From the sequence record PQ850608.1: 64,000 nt of DNA. One strand, given 5' to 3'. This DNA comes from Escherichia phage HermannAdler_Bas98. The notes under the pieces were generated by a model that was not told the DNA's origin, did not search any database, and was given only the letters and a program-made list of their open reading frames with translations. Positions 10,278-20,753 of this stretch are shown one piece after another (positions within the stretch are counted from its first letter, which is position 1; each line of letters starts with the position of its first letter). A program made the position numbers and the translations under genes.

Positions 10278-10742
10278 ATGTCAAAATACATCGTTTCAAC
10301 TATGTCTATGTCAGTTAACTACACTTTCTATACGGAAGTGAAAGAAAACCCGAATGCAAAAGCTGGTTCAGGCGCTCTTCCAAATATTCGCAAACAGATT
10401 CTAATCAAGGGCGGCGCTGGTCTTACTTCAGCAACTTCCGGCTTTGGTGAAATGGCAAAAGGCGCTGACGGTGCACCTTTGTGGACTCCTGAAGGAATCG
10501 TCACCGTTGTAAGCGATGCAGATTTTGAGCATCTGAAAGATCATCACGTGTTTAAGCAGCATCTTGAAAAAGGTTTGGTGAAAGTCGTAAATCACGACAT
10601 TGTTGGCAATCACAAGGCCGTCGCTAAAGAAGTTCGCGGCATGTCAGACGACCCGTTTGCGCCTATGACGCGCGAAACTGCTGACAAGCGCATCAAGGTC
10701 AAATTGAGCGGCGACCAAGAAGATGATTTATTCCGCGTTTAA
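10278..10742 (+). CDS. Hypothetical structural protein
   Basis: 154-aa ORF in head-tail joining region, same-strand tandem array. Confidence 0.45.
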   Translation: MSKYIVSTMSMSVNYTFYTEVKENPNAKAGSGALPNIRKQILIKGGAGLTSATSGFGEMAKGADGAPLWTPEGIVTVVSDADFEHLKDHHVFKQHLEKGLVKVVNHDIVGNHKAVAKEVRGMSDDPFAPMTRETADKRIKVKLSGDQEDDLFRV

Positions 10743-10756
10743 ATAAGGTGAATGCC

Positions 10757-11212
10757 ATGTCATTAGATTACGAAAAGTTCAGAATTAAATTTCCACAGTT
10801 TGCTGATCAGGTCAAATTCCCTGACGCAACACTTCAAGTATTCTATGACATGGCATGTGAATTTATTGAATCACAAGACAGTCCTTGTCGTGTTTTAAAT
10901 GGCAGTAAATTGGAGCTGGCATTGGAATATATGACGGCTCATCTTTTATGCATAGCCGCAGACCAACAAGTGTCTGTGTCTTCTGGTGACGGAGTTGAAC
11001 AAGGCGGCTTCGTGACTGGCGCAACAATTGGTGACATCACAGTGAACAAAGTCGCGCCGCCTGCGAGTGATGGCTGGGAATACTGGCTATCAAGCACTCC
11101 ATATGGCATGGCGCTGTGGGCGCTTCTTCAAGCACTGGCCGTTGGCGGCTTGTCATTCGGCGGTCTTCCAGAGCGTGAGGGATTTCGTAAAATTGGTGGG
11201 GTGTTCTGGTGA
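10757..11212 (+). CDS. Hypothetical structural protein (head-tail connector region)
   Basis: ATG at Met4 of track ORF behind RBS AAGGTG. Confidence 0.45.
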   Translation: MSLDYEKFRIKFPQFADQVKFPDATLQVFYDMACEFIESQDSPCRVLNGSKLELALEYMTAHLLCIAADQQVSVSSGDGVEQGGFVTGATIGDITVNKVAPPASDGWEYWLSSTPYGMALWALLQALAVGGLSFGGLPEREGFRKIGGVFW

Positions 11213-11595
11213 GGATTCCTGGCGTAAACTTATATCGAGTTGCGACAAAGGTTATCGGTCGCCAACCGATTCAATATTACATGTACAAGGGGCGCACCCT
11301 TGATAAGATGCGCAACTATGCCACTACATATGAAGAACCAATCACCTTACTTGCTTCGGTGCAGGCTGTACTTCGAAACCAATACGTTGAGCTTGGCTTA
11401 GAGCTTCAAAAGAACTATGTCAAAATCTGGGTGGACAAAGACGTTGTTGACCTTGACCGCGACGCTTCCGGCGACTATTTTGTGTTTGGTGGCAAAACGT
11501 ACAAGATGGAAGATGAAACGACATGGTTTGACCAAGATGGTTGGACGTCTTGCCTTGCCGTGGAAGTAAAACAAAGCTTTCCAGTGTCTACTTGA
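11209..11595 (+). CDS. Hypothetical structural protein
   Basis: Apparent GTG start overlapping upstream stop (GTGA); tandem array. Confidence 0.4.
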   Translation: MRIPGVNLYRVATKVIGRQPIQYYMYKGRTLDKMRNYATTYEEPITLLASVQAVLRNQYVELGLELQKNYVKIWVDKDVVDLDRDASGDYFVFGGKTYKMEDETTWFDQDGWTSCLAVEVKQSFPVST

Positions 11596-11602
11596 GGTGT
11601 AT

Positions 11603-12178
11603 ATGACAGATGTCGACCTGATTGACATGCTGGCAACGCGAATTGAAGAAGGTCTGGCGGCGTATAGTCGTGCAGACCTTTCTGCTGTTCCGGTCCAGAA
11701 AAAATACCAACCGACTCAACAGGGCATTCCGACTGGTGATCAGATTTGGTTTAACCTTTTATTCTCAGTCCCATTCGGTTGGTCAATGAGAAAGAATGAA
11801 TTTGTCAATGATGAATCTCAATTCGTTAATGGCAAATTTAAAGATATTGAAGATCAGATATATGCAACACGTTTTCAAATTAGCGGCTTATTTCCAGAAG
11901 TTCCTGGCAATCCAGAAAAGCCTACGGCTAATGACGTTTTGACTTATTTAGCAAGATTCATAACCCACAAGGCTAATTTGAGGGATTGGTTTAAAAGGCA
12001 TCAAGCTTCAGTATATAGAGTCGACATGAACAACAATGAAAAGTTCTATGACGACATGTCTCAGTTTGAATCGTTTCCTTCTTTTGATTTGGTAATCCTT
12101 CACAGAAACGCAATTTCAATTGACACGCCTGCTGTTGCAAGAGCTGTTAATAACGATTTAGGCGATATTCCGGTGTGA
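11603..12178 (+). CDS. Hypothetical structural protein
   Basis: ATG behind RBS GAGGTG; 191 aa. Confidence 0.45.
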   Translation: MTDVDLIDMLATRIEEGLAAYSRADLSAVPVQKKYQPTQQGIPTGDQIWFNLLFSVPFGWSMRKNEFVNDESQFVNGKFKDIEDQIYATRFQISGLFPEVPGNPEKPTANDVLTYLARFITHKANLRDWFKRHQASVYRVDMNNNEKFYDDMSQFESFPSFDLVILHRNAISIDTPAVARAVNNDLGDIPV

Positions 12179-12179
12179 T

Positions 12180-12665
12180 ATGACAAAATCAAAAATGATA
12201 GAAAAACAGATAAAGGCGCTTCAATCGATGAAGGGTCTTACTGTTGAAGCAGGATGGTTTGATTCTACCAGATACCCTTCAGAAACTGGTGGGGAAGGAA
12301 TGTTGGTGTCAGAAGTCGCGCGGCTTAATGAATTTGGTCACATAGCCGTTTTGAACTTTGGGCAAGGGCCAGTCAGGGTAGAAGTGCCACCCAGACCATT
12401 CATGAGATATGCCTATGAATTATTCGTTAGTGAGCGCAGTGAAATAGAGAATAAAATTGCTAAAAAGATTTTTTCCGGTAAAATAGACGCTAGACAGGCA
12501 TTAGGTCAGATTGGGCTTGCGATGGAAGCAAAGATTGTCGAATCAATTAAAAACGGACCTTGGCAAAGAAACGCCAGATATACCGTGCGTGTGAAAGGAT
12601 TCGACAAACCTTTAATTCACAGCGGCCTTATGTGGCAATCTGTCAACAGCCAAGTCATTAAATAA
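12180..12665 (+). CDS. Hypothetical structural protein (tail completion region)
   Basis: ATG abutting upstream stop; 161 aa. Confidence 0.45.
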   Translation: MTKSKMIEKQIKALQSMKGLTVEAGWFDSTRYPSETGGEGMLVSEVARLNEFGHIAVLNFGQGPVRVEVPPRPFMRYAYELFVSERSEIENKIAKKIFSGKIDARQALGQIGLAMEAKIVESIKNGPWQRNARYTVRVKGFDKPLIHSGLMWQSVNSQVIK

Positions 12666-12677
12666 GAGGACACCGAC

Positions 12678-14216
12678 GTGATCAGTCAATCTCGTTATAT
12701 TAAAATTGTATCAGGGGTCGGAGCAGGCGCGGCTGTTGCAGTTCGCAAACTGTCGCTTCGCATCATGACTTCCAATACAGTTCTGCCGCCAGGCATTGTC
12801 GCAGAATTTTCAACTGCTGATGCCGTTGGATCATATTTCGGTTTTTCTTCCGAAGAATACAAGCGTGCAGCACTGTATTTCGGATTCATCAGCAAGCAAA
12901 TCAACTCGCCTGATTCAATCAGCTTTTCTCGCGTTGTATCCACGGCGATTCCTGCAATGGTTATCGGCGACACTGAGCCTAAAACGCTTGCTACTTTCCA
13001 GGCATTCACTGGCGCTATCTTAAGCATCACTTATGACGGCACAGACTACCTGACTGACGCCATCAACCTTTCAGCGGCAACAAGTCTTGCCAACGTAGCG
13101 GAACTTTTGGAAACGGCAATCAACACTAAGTTTGCAGCAGAAGGTGGCACGTCGGTGCCTGCACTTGCTGATGCAGAAGTGTATTGGAATGCCAACACCC
13201 AGCAGTTCACTTTGGAAGCCGCTACGTCGACCGCTGGCGCTGGAAACCTTTCGATTAACGTCACAGGTCAACCGACAGACCCATCTCAGGCGCTTGGTTG
13301 GACGACTACTGGCACCGTTACGGTTGCTGGCCAGGGTGTAGCAAGTCCGGTAGAAGCCATCGCGGCATCTGTGGAGATTTCCAACAACTTTGGCTCATTC
13401 CTTTTCGCTGGAGCAGACCGAACGCTGGAAGAAATCACAGCCGTTGCAGCTTGGACTCACTCGCAGAACAACATGTACATGTATCTGTTCTCGACTGCAT
13501 TCGCCAACATCGGCTCATACTATACCGCGTTGAAAGGTTACTCAGGCGTTGGTATGATGATCCGTGCAACTAACCTCGCGAATGATTACATCGACCAGGC
13601 ACCTGCTGAAATTCTCGCGGCGACAAACTATAACACTGTAAATGCAACTCAAAACTACATGTATTATCAGTTTGAAACGCGAAATGTAACCGTATCGACT
13701 GATTCACGCGCAGATACTGCTGATCAAAACCGTGCAAACTATATCGGTGCGACTCAGCAAGCTGGTCAAACTCTCGCGTTCTTCCAGCGTGGTGTTCTGA
13801 TGGGCGGGTCTACCGCAGCAGTTGATATGAACACTTATGCCAACGAGATGTGGCTTAAATCTGCTATCACTTCTCAGCTGTTCAGCATGTTCTTGAATCT
13901 TGGTCGCGTGCCTGCAAACGAAGAAGGCAAAGCAACTGTACAAGCAATGATTCAAGTTGCTGTTGACAATGCGAAGGTTAACGGCACCATCTCTGTCGGT
14001 AAGGCGCTGACGGAAATCCAGAAACAGTACATCACGCAAACTTCCGGTGATAACACTGCTTGGCGGCAGGTTGAGACTATCGGTTATTGGTTGACTGTCG
14101 ATTTTGACACTGAAACCACTTCCGATAACCGCACCGAATACTATGCAACATACACGCTAATCTACTCTAAAGATGATGCTGTGCGTCGCGTTGAAGGTCG
14201 TGACGTTCTTATTTAA
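12678..14216 (+). CDS. Tail sheath-like protein (putative)
   Basis: 512-aa protein immediately upstream of tube-like gene; RBS AGAGGA before GTG start; resembles DUF3383-type sheath proteins by recollection, not searched. Confidence 0.55.
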   Translation: MISQSRYIKIVSGVGAGAAVAVRKLSLRIMTSNTVLPPGIVAEFSTADAVGSYFGFSSEEYKRAALYFGFISKQINSPDSISFSRVVSTAIPAMVIGDTEPKTLATFQAFTGAILSITYDGTDYLTDAINLSAATSLANVAELLETAINTKFAAEGGTSVPALADAEVYWNANTQQFTLEAATSTAGAGNLSINVTGQPTDPSQALGWTTTGTVTVAGQGVASPVEAIAASVEISNNFGSFLFAGADRTLEEITAVAAWTHSQNNMYMYLFSTAFANIGSYYTALKGYSGVGMMIRATNLANDYIDQAPAEILAATNYNTVNATQNYMYYQFETRNVTVSTDSRADTADQNRANYIGATQQAGQTLAFFQRGVLMGGSTAAVDMNTYANEMWLKSAITSQLFSMFLNLGRVPANEEGKATVQAMIQVAVDNAKVNGTISVGKALTEIQKQYITQTSGDNTAWRQVETIGYWLTVDFDTETTSDNRTEYYATYTLIYSKDDAVRRVEGRDVLI

Positions 14217-14222
14217 ATAATT

Positions 14223-14240
14223 GCCGCCGTAACTGGCGGC
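14223..14240 (+). terminator. Short hairpin between sheath-like and tube-like genes
   Basis: GCCGCCGTAACTGGCGGC inverted repeat; no U-tract; possible attenuator. Confidence 0.35.
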
Positions 14241-14263
14241 CATCTCTCTGAGAGGAATCTGTA

Positions 14264-14731
14264 ATGATTAACGTTTCCGGTTTTGGCGCTTCGATTCGTT
14301 TGGTAGCATCAAACACTTTCCCTAATGGTGTGACCCTTTCTGATTTTGCAGATGATGCTGATCCGATTGACGCGCCGGACCTGCAAATCTCTGAGGCTGC
14401 AATGGGCCTTAACGGTGACTTAGTAGTGTGGAACCGTGCAAACCCGCTTGAAGTAGGTGTGAACATCATCCCTACTTCTGAAAGTGATGTCAACTTGGAC
14501 GTTCTTGCAGCCGCAAACCGCGTAGGCAAGCGCAAGAACTCCGCAAAAGACGTGATCACACTTGTGCTGACTTATCCTTCTGGAATGGTTATCACGCTAA
14601 ACAAAGGCACCTTGACAACTGGTTCAGTAATTCCTGGCATCCAGTCTCAAGGTCGTGTGAAAACACGTCAATATCGCTTCAAGTTTGAGAACGTAGTCAA
14701 AACTGGCGTGAGCAACCAAGAGATTTTATAA
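14264..14731 (+). CDS. Tail tube-like protein (paralog 1)
   Basis: 155 aa; N-terminus MINVSGFGASIRLVA...; clear paralog of 15682-16179; follows sheath-like gene. Confidence 0.55.
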   Translation: MINVSGFGASIRLVASNTFPNGVTLSDFADDADPIDAPDLQISEAAMGLNGDLVVWNRANPLEVGVNIIPTSESDVNLDVLAAANRVGKRKNSAKDVITLVLTYPSGMVITLNKGTLTTGSVIPGIQSQGRVKTRQYRFKFENVVKTGVSNQEIL

Positions 14732-15060
14732 TGTATCAAATACCACTTGACAGCGTACCTAACCAGAATATCAGCTTTAACGTTGACGGTGCATATTGGC
14801 AGTTGCACATTTTTGCCGCTATCGAGCATATGTGTGCCGACGTATATCGCAATGGTGAACTTTTGATTCAAGGGGTGCGCTGTTTTGGTGGTATCCCAAT
14901 GGTGCCTTATAAGTATCTCATGATTGGGTACGGTAATTTCATTTTCGACAGCGTACCTGATTATGAAAGGTTTAACTCTGGCGGCTGTAATCTATATTAC
15001 ATGTCAGAATCTGAGTTGGCTGAATTCCAGGCCACTGCTGAAGCGGAGTTTGCAATTTGA
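14731..15060 (+). CDS. Hypothetical protein
   Basis: 109-aa ORF, start abuts upstream stop. Confidence 0.45.
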   Translation: MYQIPLDSVPNQNISFNVDGAYWQLHIFAAIEHMCADVYRNGELLIQGVRCFGGIPMVPYKYLMIGYGNFIFDSVPDYERFNSGGCNLYYMSESELAEFQATAEAEFAI

Positions 15061-15413
15061 CAACTCTAACCATTGAAGTGAACGAAAATAATGACCTTTT
15101 TCTACCTGATGGAAGAAACTTAAATATTCTTTCAGGAGAAAAAGCGATGGTGCAAGTAATCAAGGCCGCGCATCAGATGCGACTTGGTGAAGACTTGTAC
15201 GATATAGAAAACGGGGTCGATTATTTGGGGACCGTTTTCAAGTCGCCCGTTGACGAAGACGGTGCGCGAAAGTCGATTGCAGATGCTATTCTGAAGAAAG
15301 CAGACGTTGCCGGAATCGACTCATTGACTGTCACCATCCAAAACGGTATCCTTGGATTCACTGCAGAAGTGGTGACTATTTATGGCGAACGTATAAAGGT
15401 GAGTAATCAATAA
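15057..15413 (+). CDS. Hypothetical protein
   Basis: Apparent TTG start overlapping upstream stop; start uncertain (internal ATG about 90 nt downstream possible). Confidence 0.35.
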   Translation: MTTLTIEVNENNDLFLPDGRNLNILSGEKAMVQVIKAAHQMRLGEDLYDIENGVDYLGTVFKSPVDEDGARKSIADAILKKADVAGIDSLTVTIQNGILGFTAEVVTIYGERIKVSNQ

Positions 15414-15679
15414 TGGCACAAGTAATTCATTTTGCAAATGGCGTCATGAAATTTGGCGAAAAATTTGAAGACGCATCAGAGCTGTTTAATAAGAAGGTTG
15501 AGCCTGTTACAGAAATCAAAGAGCAGGTCGAAGAAAAGTCCGTTGAACAAAAACTCGATTTTGATTCCATGAGCGTTTCAGAATTGAAGTCTTATGCCAA
15601 AGAAAATGGCATCGACATCAAGGGTCTTTCTTATAAGGATGAAATTCTTGCTGCAGTTAAATCTGCATCTGCGGAGTAA
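15413..15679 (+). CDS. Hypothetical small acidic protein
   Basis: 88-aa ORF, ATG overlapping upstream stop. Confidence 0.45.
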   Translation: MAQVIHFANGVMKFGEKFEDASELFNKKVEPVTEIKEQVEEKSVEQKLDFDSMSVSELKSYAKENGIDIKGLSYKDEILAAVKSASAE

Positions 15680-15681
15680 AC

Positions 15682-16179
15682 ATGGTCAATATTAGTGGAT
15701 TTGGCACAAGCATTAGAATTGTCGCTCTTCAATCTTTTCCTGTTGGGCTGAATATCAGTTCTTTGTCTGATGACCAGGATTCGCTAATTATTGAGGAAGT
15801 TGAATCAGTAGGTTATCAACTTACTTACGACGGCGGCATTTGCATATACGACAAAGCCGCCGTCGTTCGCGTATCCATTGCGGTCATTCCAAACACTGAA
15901 GATGACATAAATCTTAAGCTTTTATTATCTGCCCGTAAAGGTGGATTCAAGTGGTTGCCAATTCAGGATGTGACATCGATGCTCATTACATATCCTGACG
16001 GTGGAAGGGTGGCATTCTCTAACGGAACGATAATCAGCGGTCCGCTTGGTGACTCCATAGAGCAATCAGGCCGTCGCAAGACAAACCGATACACATTTGT
16101 GTTTGCCAGCTACGGTGGCGCACAGAGCACGTCTCAAATTGCCAAGGGCGTGGTGCAAAGCATATTGGGGTCCATTTAA
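15682..16179 (+). CDS. Tail tube-like protein (paralog 2)
   Basis: 165 aa; N-terminus MVNISGFGTSIRIVA... and shared motifs (ITYPDG, RYTFVF vs ITLNKG, RQYRFKF) with 14264-14731. Confidence 0.55.
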   Translation: MVNISGFGTSIRIVALQSFPVGLNISSLSDDQDSLIIEEVESVGYQLTYDGGICIYDKAAVVRVSIAVIPNTEDDINLKLLLSARKGGFKWLPIQDVTSMLITYPDGGRVAFSNGTIISGPLGDSIEQSGRRKTNRYTFVFASYGGAQSTSQIAKGVVQSILGSI

Positions 16180-16712
16180 TGGCTATCGATTTACTGTCAT
16201 ATAGTCTATCAAACAGAAGCTTCACGATAAAGAGCTTCAACCTTGGAGAAGTATCCACGCTTGGATGGGCCATAGTCAACGTCAAAATAAGACTCCAAGC
16301 GAAGATATTCAAAAACCAAAGGGAAGACGGCAGCTATATTGTCGATGGCAGAGTAAAGATGCCGCGAATACTCACTGTCACCGTGATAGCTCAGACGAAA
16401 AGCGCATCAGATGCAATAGCTAAGATGTTGCAAAACAGGTCGACTATATACACAATTAATTCCCGTGGTCTAATATTCGAACGTATGGTGCTGCAAAATA
16501 ACAACTTCAGCCAGGACGCTGACAATATAACGTCTCAGCCCATACAATTGGTCTTCCATGAGATATTAACACAGCAGGATGTGTCTATTCAAACAGCGCA
16601 GGCAGGCGACTCAACAGTAATAGAGCGCGGCATTGCATACATAAAAGAAACTTCTGCCAGCGTCACTGGCGTCGCTACAAAGGTGATGAATGGTATCAAG
16701 GGGATGTTCTGA
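16179..16712 (+). CDS. Hypothetical tail protein
   Basis: 177-aa ORF, translationally coupled (ATG overlaps stop). Confidence 0.45.
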   Translation: MAIDLLSYSLSNRSFTIKSFNLGEVSTLGWAIVNVKIRLQAKIFKNQREDGSYIVDGRVKMPRILTVTVIAQTKSASDAIAKMLQNRSTIYTINSRGLIFERMVLQNNNFSQDADNITSQPIQLVFHEILTQQDVSIQTAQAGDSTVIERGIAYIKETSASVTGVATKVMNGIKGMF

Positions 16713-17272
16713 TGGACTTCGTTTCGATTCTGCTTTCTGGTCAATCTTTGACCATAACGAATGAGTCAACAGGTCTTCCTGTCTGGACAAGGCTTTCACC
16801 TGTTTCTGCAGAAATAACATCCCCAGCAGAAACAACTCAATTCCCTCTTGCTGGTACAGCCATGCAGGTTGTCGAAGTATCAAGCACGTCATCAGTAAGC
16901 AATTTACAGGCGGCAAAGGTTGTAATGCCAGCCCATATGGCGTTAAACGTAATTTGCAATGACCAGTCTACAATTGAAAATATCATAAATTCATTTGATG
17001 ATGACGAAGTCACATTTTCAATAACTTCACGAAGCATCATTGCCAGTAAAATGTCGATGTCCGACGTTGAAATAACCCAGTCAGAAGAAAACTTGAATGG
17101 AGTCTCAATAGTAATAACTTTCGAGCAAACGTCATTTAGCATTCAAGGAAGCTTCGACCCTAAACAATCTGCAGACGAATCATCAAATGGTGTTGCTATT
17201 AAAGAACCAGTCAGTTTGACTACAACTGTGAGTTCGTTATATAATAAAATAAAATCAACAGTAGGAATATAA
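16712..17272 (+). CDS. Hypothetical tail protein
   Basis: 186-aa ORF, coupled. Confidence 0.45.
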   Translation: MDFVSILLSGQSLTITNESTGLPVWTRLSPVSAEITSPAETTQFPLAGTAMQVVEVSSTSSVSNLQAAKVVMPAHMALNVICNDQSTIENIINSFDDDEVTFSITSRSIIASKMSMSDVEITQSEENLNGVSIVITFEQTSFSIQGSFDPKQSADESSNGVAIKEPVSLTTTVSSLYNKIKSTVGI

Positions 17273-17273
17273 A

Positions 17274-17690
17274 ATGAAGATCACCAACAAACAAACTGGT
17301 CGTACAGTAGAAATTAAAATCAGCAAAATGACTGCGATGGAAGGCTGGAATATTCAGCGTCGCTTTGTCGAATTTGCAATGTCGAAAGACCCTGCGTTTC
17401 GTTCAGAGTATACGATGGAAGTGTTGAGCTTCGCAAAAGTCGAGCTTGATGTGGGCCAAGAAATCCCATTAAGCACTGGTGCACTAATTGACAACCATCT
17501 TGGTGACTGGGAAAACCTTAAAGAAGTCTTCGAAGCAGTCCTCATGGAGAACGGTATAAACCCAGATACTCACGCCGAGCGTGAAGGCTACTGGGAACAA
17601 GCTGGCGGCGAAATGGCTGCAGCATTCATCGGCGAATCGATGCGATTAATCGCGCCATTCCTCAGCGGCGAGACTCCAAACAAGGGGTAA
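17274..17690 (+). CDS. Hypothetical protein (possible tail assembly chaperone by position)
   Basis: 138-aa ORF immediately upstream of tape-measure-like gene. Confidence 0.4.
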   Translation: MKITNKQTGRTVEIKISKMTAMEGWNIQRRFVEFAMSKDPAFRSEYTMEVLSFAKVELDVGQEIPLSTGALIDNHLGDWENLKEVFEAVLMENGINPDTHAEREGYWEQAGGEMAAAFIGESMRLIAPFLSGETPNKG

Positions 17691-17693
17691 ACT

Positions 17694-19874
17694 GTGTCTG
17701 ACTCATTAGAAAAATTTGTGCTTCAATATACGGTGGACTTGAAAGAGTCCATCAATCGTCTTGAGCAATTGCAAGATAAGGTTGATCAGACAAACAAAAA
17801 GGCAAAATCCGCTGGCAAAGATTTCTCTGGAGCATTCAAAGATGTTTTTGGCGAGCTAAAGCCGCTTACTGGTGAGCTAGGGTCAATTGACGGAATACTT
17901 GCGCGGCTGACATATCGTTTTGCCGCGCTCGTTCCTGTTGTCGCAGGATTGGCAGTCGTCGTCAAATCCATCGTTGATGTTCGAAAAGAATACGAAGCGC
18001 AAAGAAAGCTTGGTTTTGAAGCCGGACTCTCTCCAATGGGTGTCGAACAACTACAACGACAGTTGAATGAAAGTTCAGGTGGCATCCTTGGCGCACAGGG
18101 GTCGCGAGACTTAATCAGCAAAGCTTCTAATCTGGCATTCAATGCATACACCAACCCCGATGTGATGAACAAGGACAACTTGTTGTTGAACAAGATGGGG
18201 ACAAGTCCTTTCAACAGTAACGGCGGCATCAAAGACACGAATCAGCTGCTTGATGAAATTGGAACAAAGCTGAGAAGTGTGAATGAGCAAACCGCTCGTG
18301 CTATTGGTGCTCTGGCAGGTTTTACCGCCGATGAAGTCCGCGCCCTTCGCGAGCGCAACCAGTCTGTGAAAGAAAGCACACGCATAAGCGATGAGGAAAC
18401 GGCAAAGCTGCAGCGCCAACAAGCTGCTCTTGAGACTATACGAAATAGTATGGGGCAAATTCAAGAAGATTGGCGGCGTATTGAGCTGGTTATCGGTGAA
18501 AACGTCATGCCTGCATTCTCGACGCTTGTCAGCAAAACCGCCGATACAGTCGAAGGATTCCAGATGATGTTCCAAAGAATGTCTGACGGATGGAGCGAAT
18601 TTGTCGACAATTTCATCGCTGACTTGAAACACCCGTTTGATAAACAGGCGGCTGTTAACGAGCGTCACGAGCGTGCCGTTGATAGATGGATCACGCAGAT
18701 GGCCGAAGGCGATGTGAAACGCCAGAGGAACCAGGAGCAAAACGCAGCTGAACAACGTTCTGCGCAAGCACTTTTCACTCGCGATATAAACCTGTTTTCA
18801 AGCGCCGTTTCAACATTTGCTGGCGTCATTGATGAGCGACAAGCATGGGCTGCATGGGCTGGTGAAATAGGACGAAGCGCAGGTCAATCTGCTATGCCTG
18901 GAACACCAGCACTAAGTACTGGCGCGACCGTAGGTAACAACTTGGGATCAGGCAATCCGACCGCTTACGACTCAATCTATGAGGAAGCATCCAAGCGTTA
19001 TGGAATCCCTGTTGCGATGATGAAGGCCGTAACAGAAGTCGAATCTGGATTCAACCCAAATGCCGTAAGCGGAGCAGGTGCGACCGGACTGATGCAAATC
19101 ATGCCTTCCAACTTCAAGGGTCTTGGTATCACAGACGGCAACGACCCTAGACAAAACATTATGGGCGGCGCTCAACTGTTGAAAGAGTATTTAAACGCTG
19201 CCAACGGCGATTGGAATCTTGCGCTGACGATGTATCACGGTGGCTACGACCGCAGCGGCTGGGGCAAGAATACACGCGCTTATCCTGGAAAGGTCATGGC
19301 CGCTCTCGACCGACAATCCAATGGTGAGTATGCCACGGCAGCGCCGCAAGGTGCACCAGTTACTCCAGTACTTAGCGGTAGCGGAGCGGAAGCACCAAAG
19401 GGAAGCTATGCACCAGTACAAGGCCAATCGCGCCAAACGGTGCAATACAGGCAATTGCAAGAAGCCATTGCAGGATACCTGAACGTACCAGTTGAGCAGT
19501 TGATGCAGGGACAAGTCAACAAAGGTGATATTGACTTTGCTCAAACTTACCTTAAGCTTGGAACGCAAAGGGATTATATTAAAAATATGCAGCTGGCTTC
19601 AACTCCAGGTGTAAGACCGAACATTCAAGCCGAAGCGATGAAAAACGCTCGTCTTGCTGCATTCCAACTTGAAGCATTCCAGAAATACGGCGGCGACCTT
19701 TCCGCGAATAGTCGACCTGGTGGGCGTGATATTACTATGGGTCAGAAAAACGTTGTCATCAACGTCAACGGCGCTCAAGACCCACGCAGCACGGCATTCG
19801 AAACGAAACGGGTGCTTGAACAAGATGATATCAACGACATAAACAACCTTACTGCTACACCTTTGAAGTGGTGA
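17694..19874 (+). CDS. Tape-measure-like tail protein with lytic transglycosylase (SLT) domain
   Basis: 726 aa; coiled-coil-rich N-terminal part; C-terminal region has SLT-like signature (EVESGFNPNAVSGAGATGLMQIMPSNF ... TMYHGGYD). Confidence 0.7.
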   Translation: MSDSLEKFVLQYTVDLKESINRLEQLQDKVDQTNKKAKSAGKDFSGAFKDVFGELKPLTGELGSIDGILARLTYRFAALVPVVAGLAVVVKSIVDVRKEYEAQRKLGFEAGLSPMGVEQLQRQLNESSGGILGAQGSRDLISKASNLAFNAYTNPDVMNKDNLLLNKMGTSPFNSNGGIKDTNQLLDEIGTKLRSVNEQTARAIGALAGFTADEVRALRERNQSVKESTRISDEETAKLQRQQAALETIRNSMGQIQEDWRRIELVIGENVMPAFSTLVSKTADTVEGFQMMFQRMSDGWSEFVDNFIADLKHPFDKQAAVNERHERAVDRWITQMAEGDVKRQRNQEQNAAEQRSAQALFTRDINLFSSAVSTFAGVIDERQAWAAWAGEIGRSAGQSAMPGTPALSTGATVGNNLGSGNPTAYDSIYEEASKRYGIPVAMMKAVTEVESGFNPNAVSGAGATGLMQIMPSNFKGLGITDGNDPRQNIMGGAQLLKEYLNAANGDWNLALTMYHGGYDRSGWGKNTRAYPGKVMAALDRQSNGEYATAAPQGAPVTPVLSGSGAEAPKGSYAPVQGQSRQTVQYRQLQEAIAGYLNVPVEQLMQGQVNKGDIDFAQTYLKLGTQRDYIKNMQLASTPGVRPNIQAEAMKNARLAAFQLEAFQKYGGDLSANSRPGGRDITMGQKNVVINVNGAQDPRSTAFETKRVLEQDDINDINNLTATPLKW

Positions 19875-19878
19875 TAAT

Positions 19879-20751
19879 TTGAAAAAGAGAATCCTTAAAG
19901 TCACCTTATCTATGCCGGATGGCACAAGCCAAGTGCTTGATGAAGGATTGATGCTTAGATGCCGAATCAAAAAGGCAGCACTTTCCGTGCAAAATAAGGC
20001 CACAATCGAAGTCGCAGGATTGACAGGGTACTTGAGAGAGTACCTGCTTTCCAACTTCACCGCATTCAACAAACGTCTGCGTGATCAAGGCCAATTGGCG
20101 GCGAATTACGTCAACGTAACAATTGAAGCTGGATATAGAGAAGGCAACGTTGTTAGCAGCAACTTGGTATACAAGGGACAGGTGACGACTGTCGAGATAA
20201 CAGCGCCGCCGCCGAACATCGTCATACGCATCACTTGCTACACCAACCAGATAAACAGGACTAAGTTTATCACTCAAGCTGCACCGTCAAACCCAACCTT
20301 CAAAGAGTTTGTGGAGTGGTCAGCAAAGCAAATGGATATTGATACTGTTATATGCGATACGTCGATTAACAATCAACGTCTTGTGAACCCAGGCCGAACA
20401 ACATATGTTGCAGCAGCCTTGCTGCTTGAGATTCAGAACTATCAAAGGAACTCTATTGCGGCATATATCGATGATGATACGCTCATCGTCAAGGATAAAG
20501 ACAAAATTCTGAATCCAGAACAGATAACGGTGATTGAGGAATTTGTCGGAATACCGATGTGGAACGAGTGGGGCGCTGACTTCACTTGCATGTATAACGC
20601 GGATTTGAAGCTTGCCCAAGGTGTGAAATTCAAATCAGTCTTAAACCCAAGCTTGAACGACACCACATTCGTCATCATGCAACTTGAATATGATTTAGCA
20701 AGTCGTGATGACATATTTACGGTGACGGGCGGCGTTGCACCATCGGCCTAA
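19879..20751 (+). CDS. Hypothetical tail/baseplate protein
   Basis: 290-aa ORF after tape measure; apparent TTG start, start uncertain. Confidence 0.45.
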   Translation: MKKRILKVTLSMPDGTSQVLDEGLMLRCRIKKAALSVQNKATIEVAGLTGYLREYLLSNFTAFNKRLRDQGQLAANYVNVTIEAGYREGNVVSSNLVYKGQVTTVEITAPPPNIVIRITCYTNQINRTKFITQAAPSNPTFKEFVEWSAKQMDIDTVICDTSINNQRLVNPGRTTYVAAALLLEIQNYQRNSIAAYIDDDTLIVKDKDKILNPEQITVIEEFVGIPMWNEWGADFTCMYNADLKLAQGVKFKSVLNPSLNDTTFVIMQLEYDLASRDDIFTVTGGVAPSA

Positions 20752-20753
20752 AT

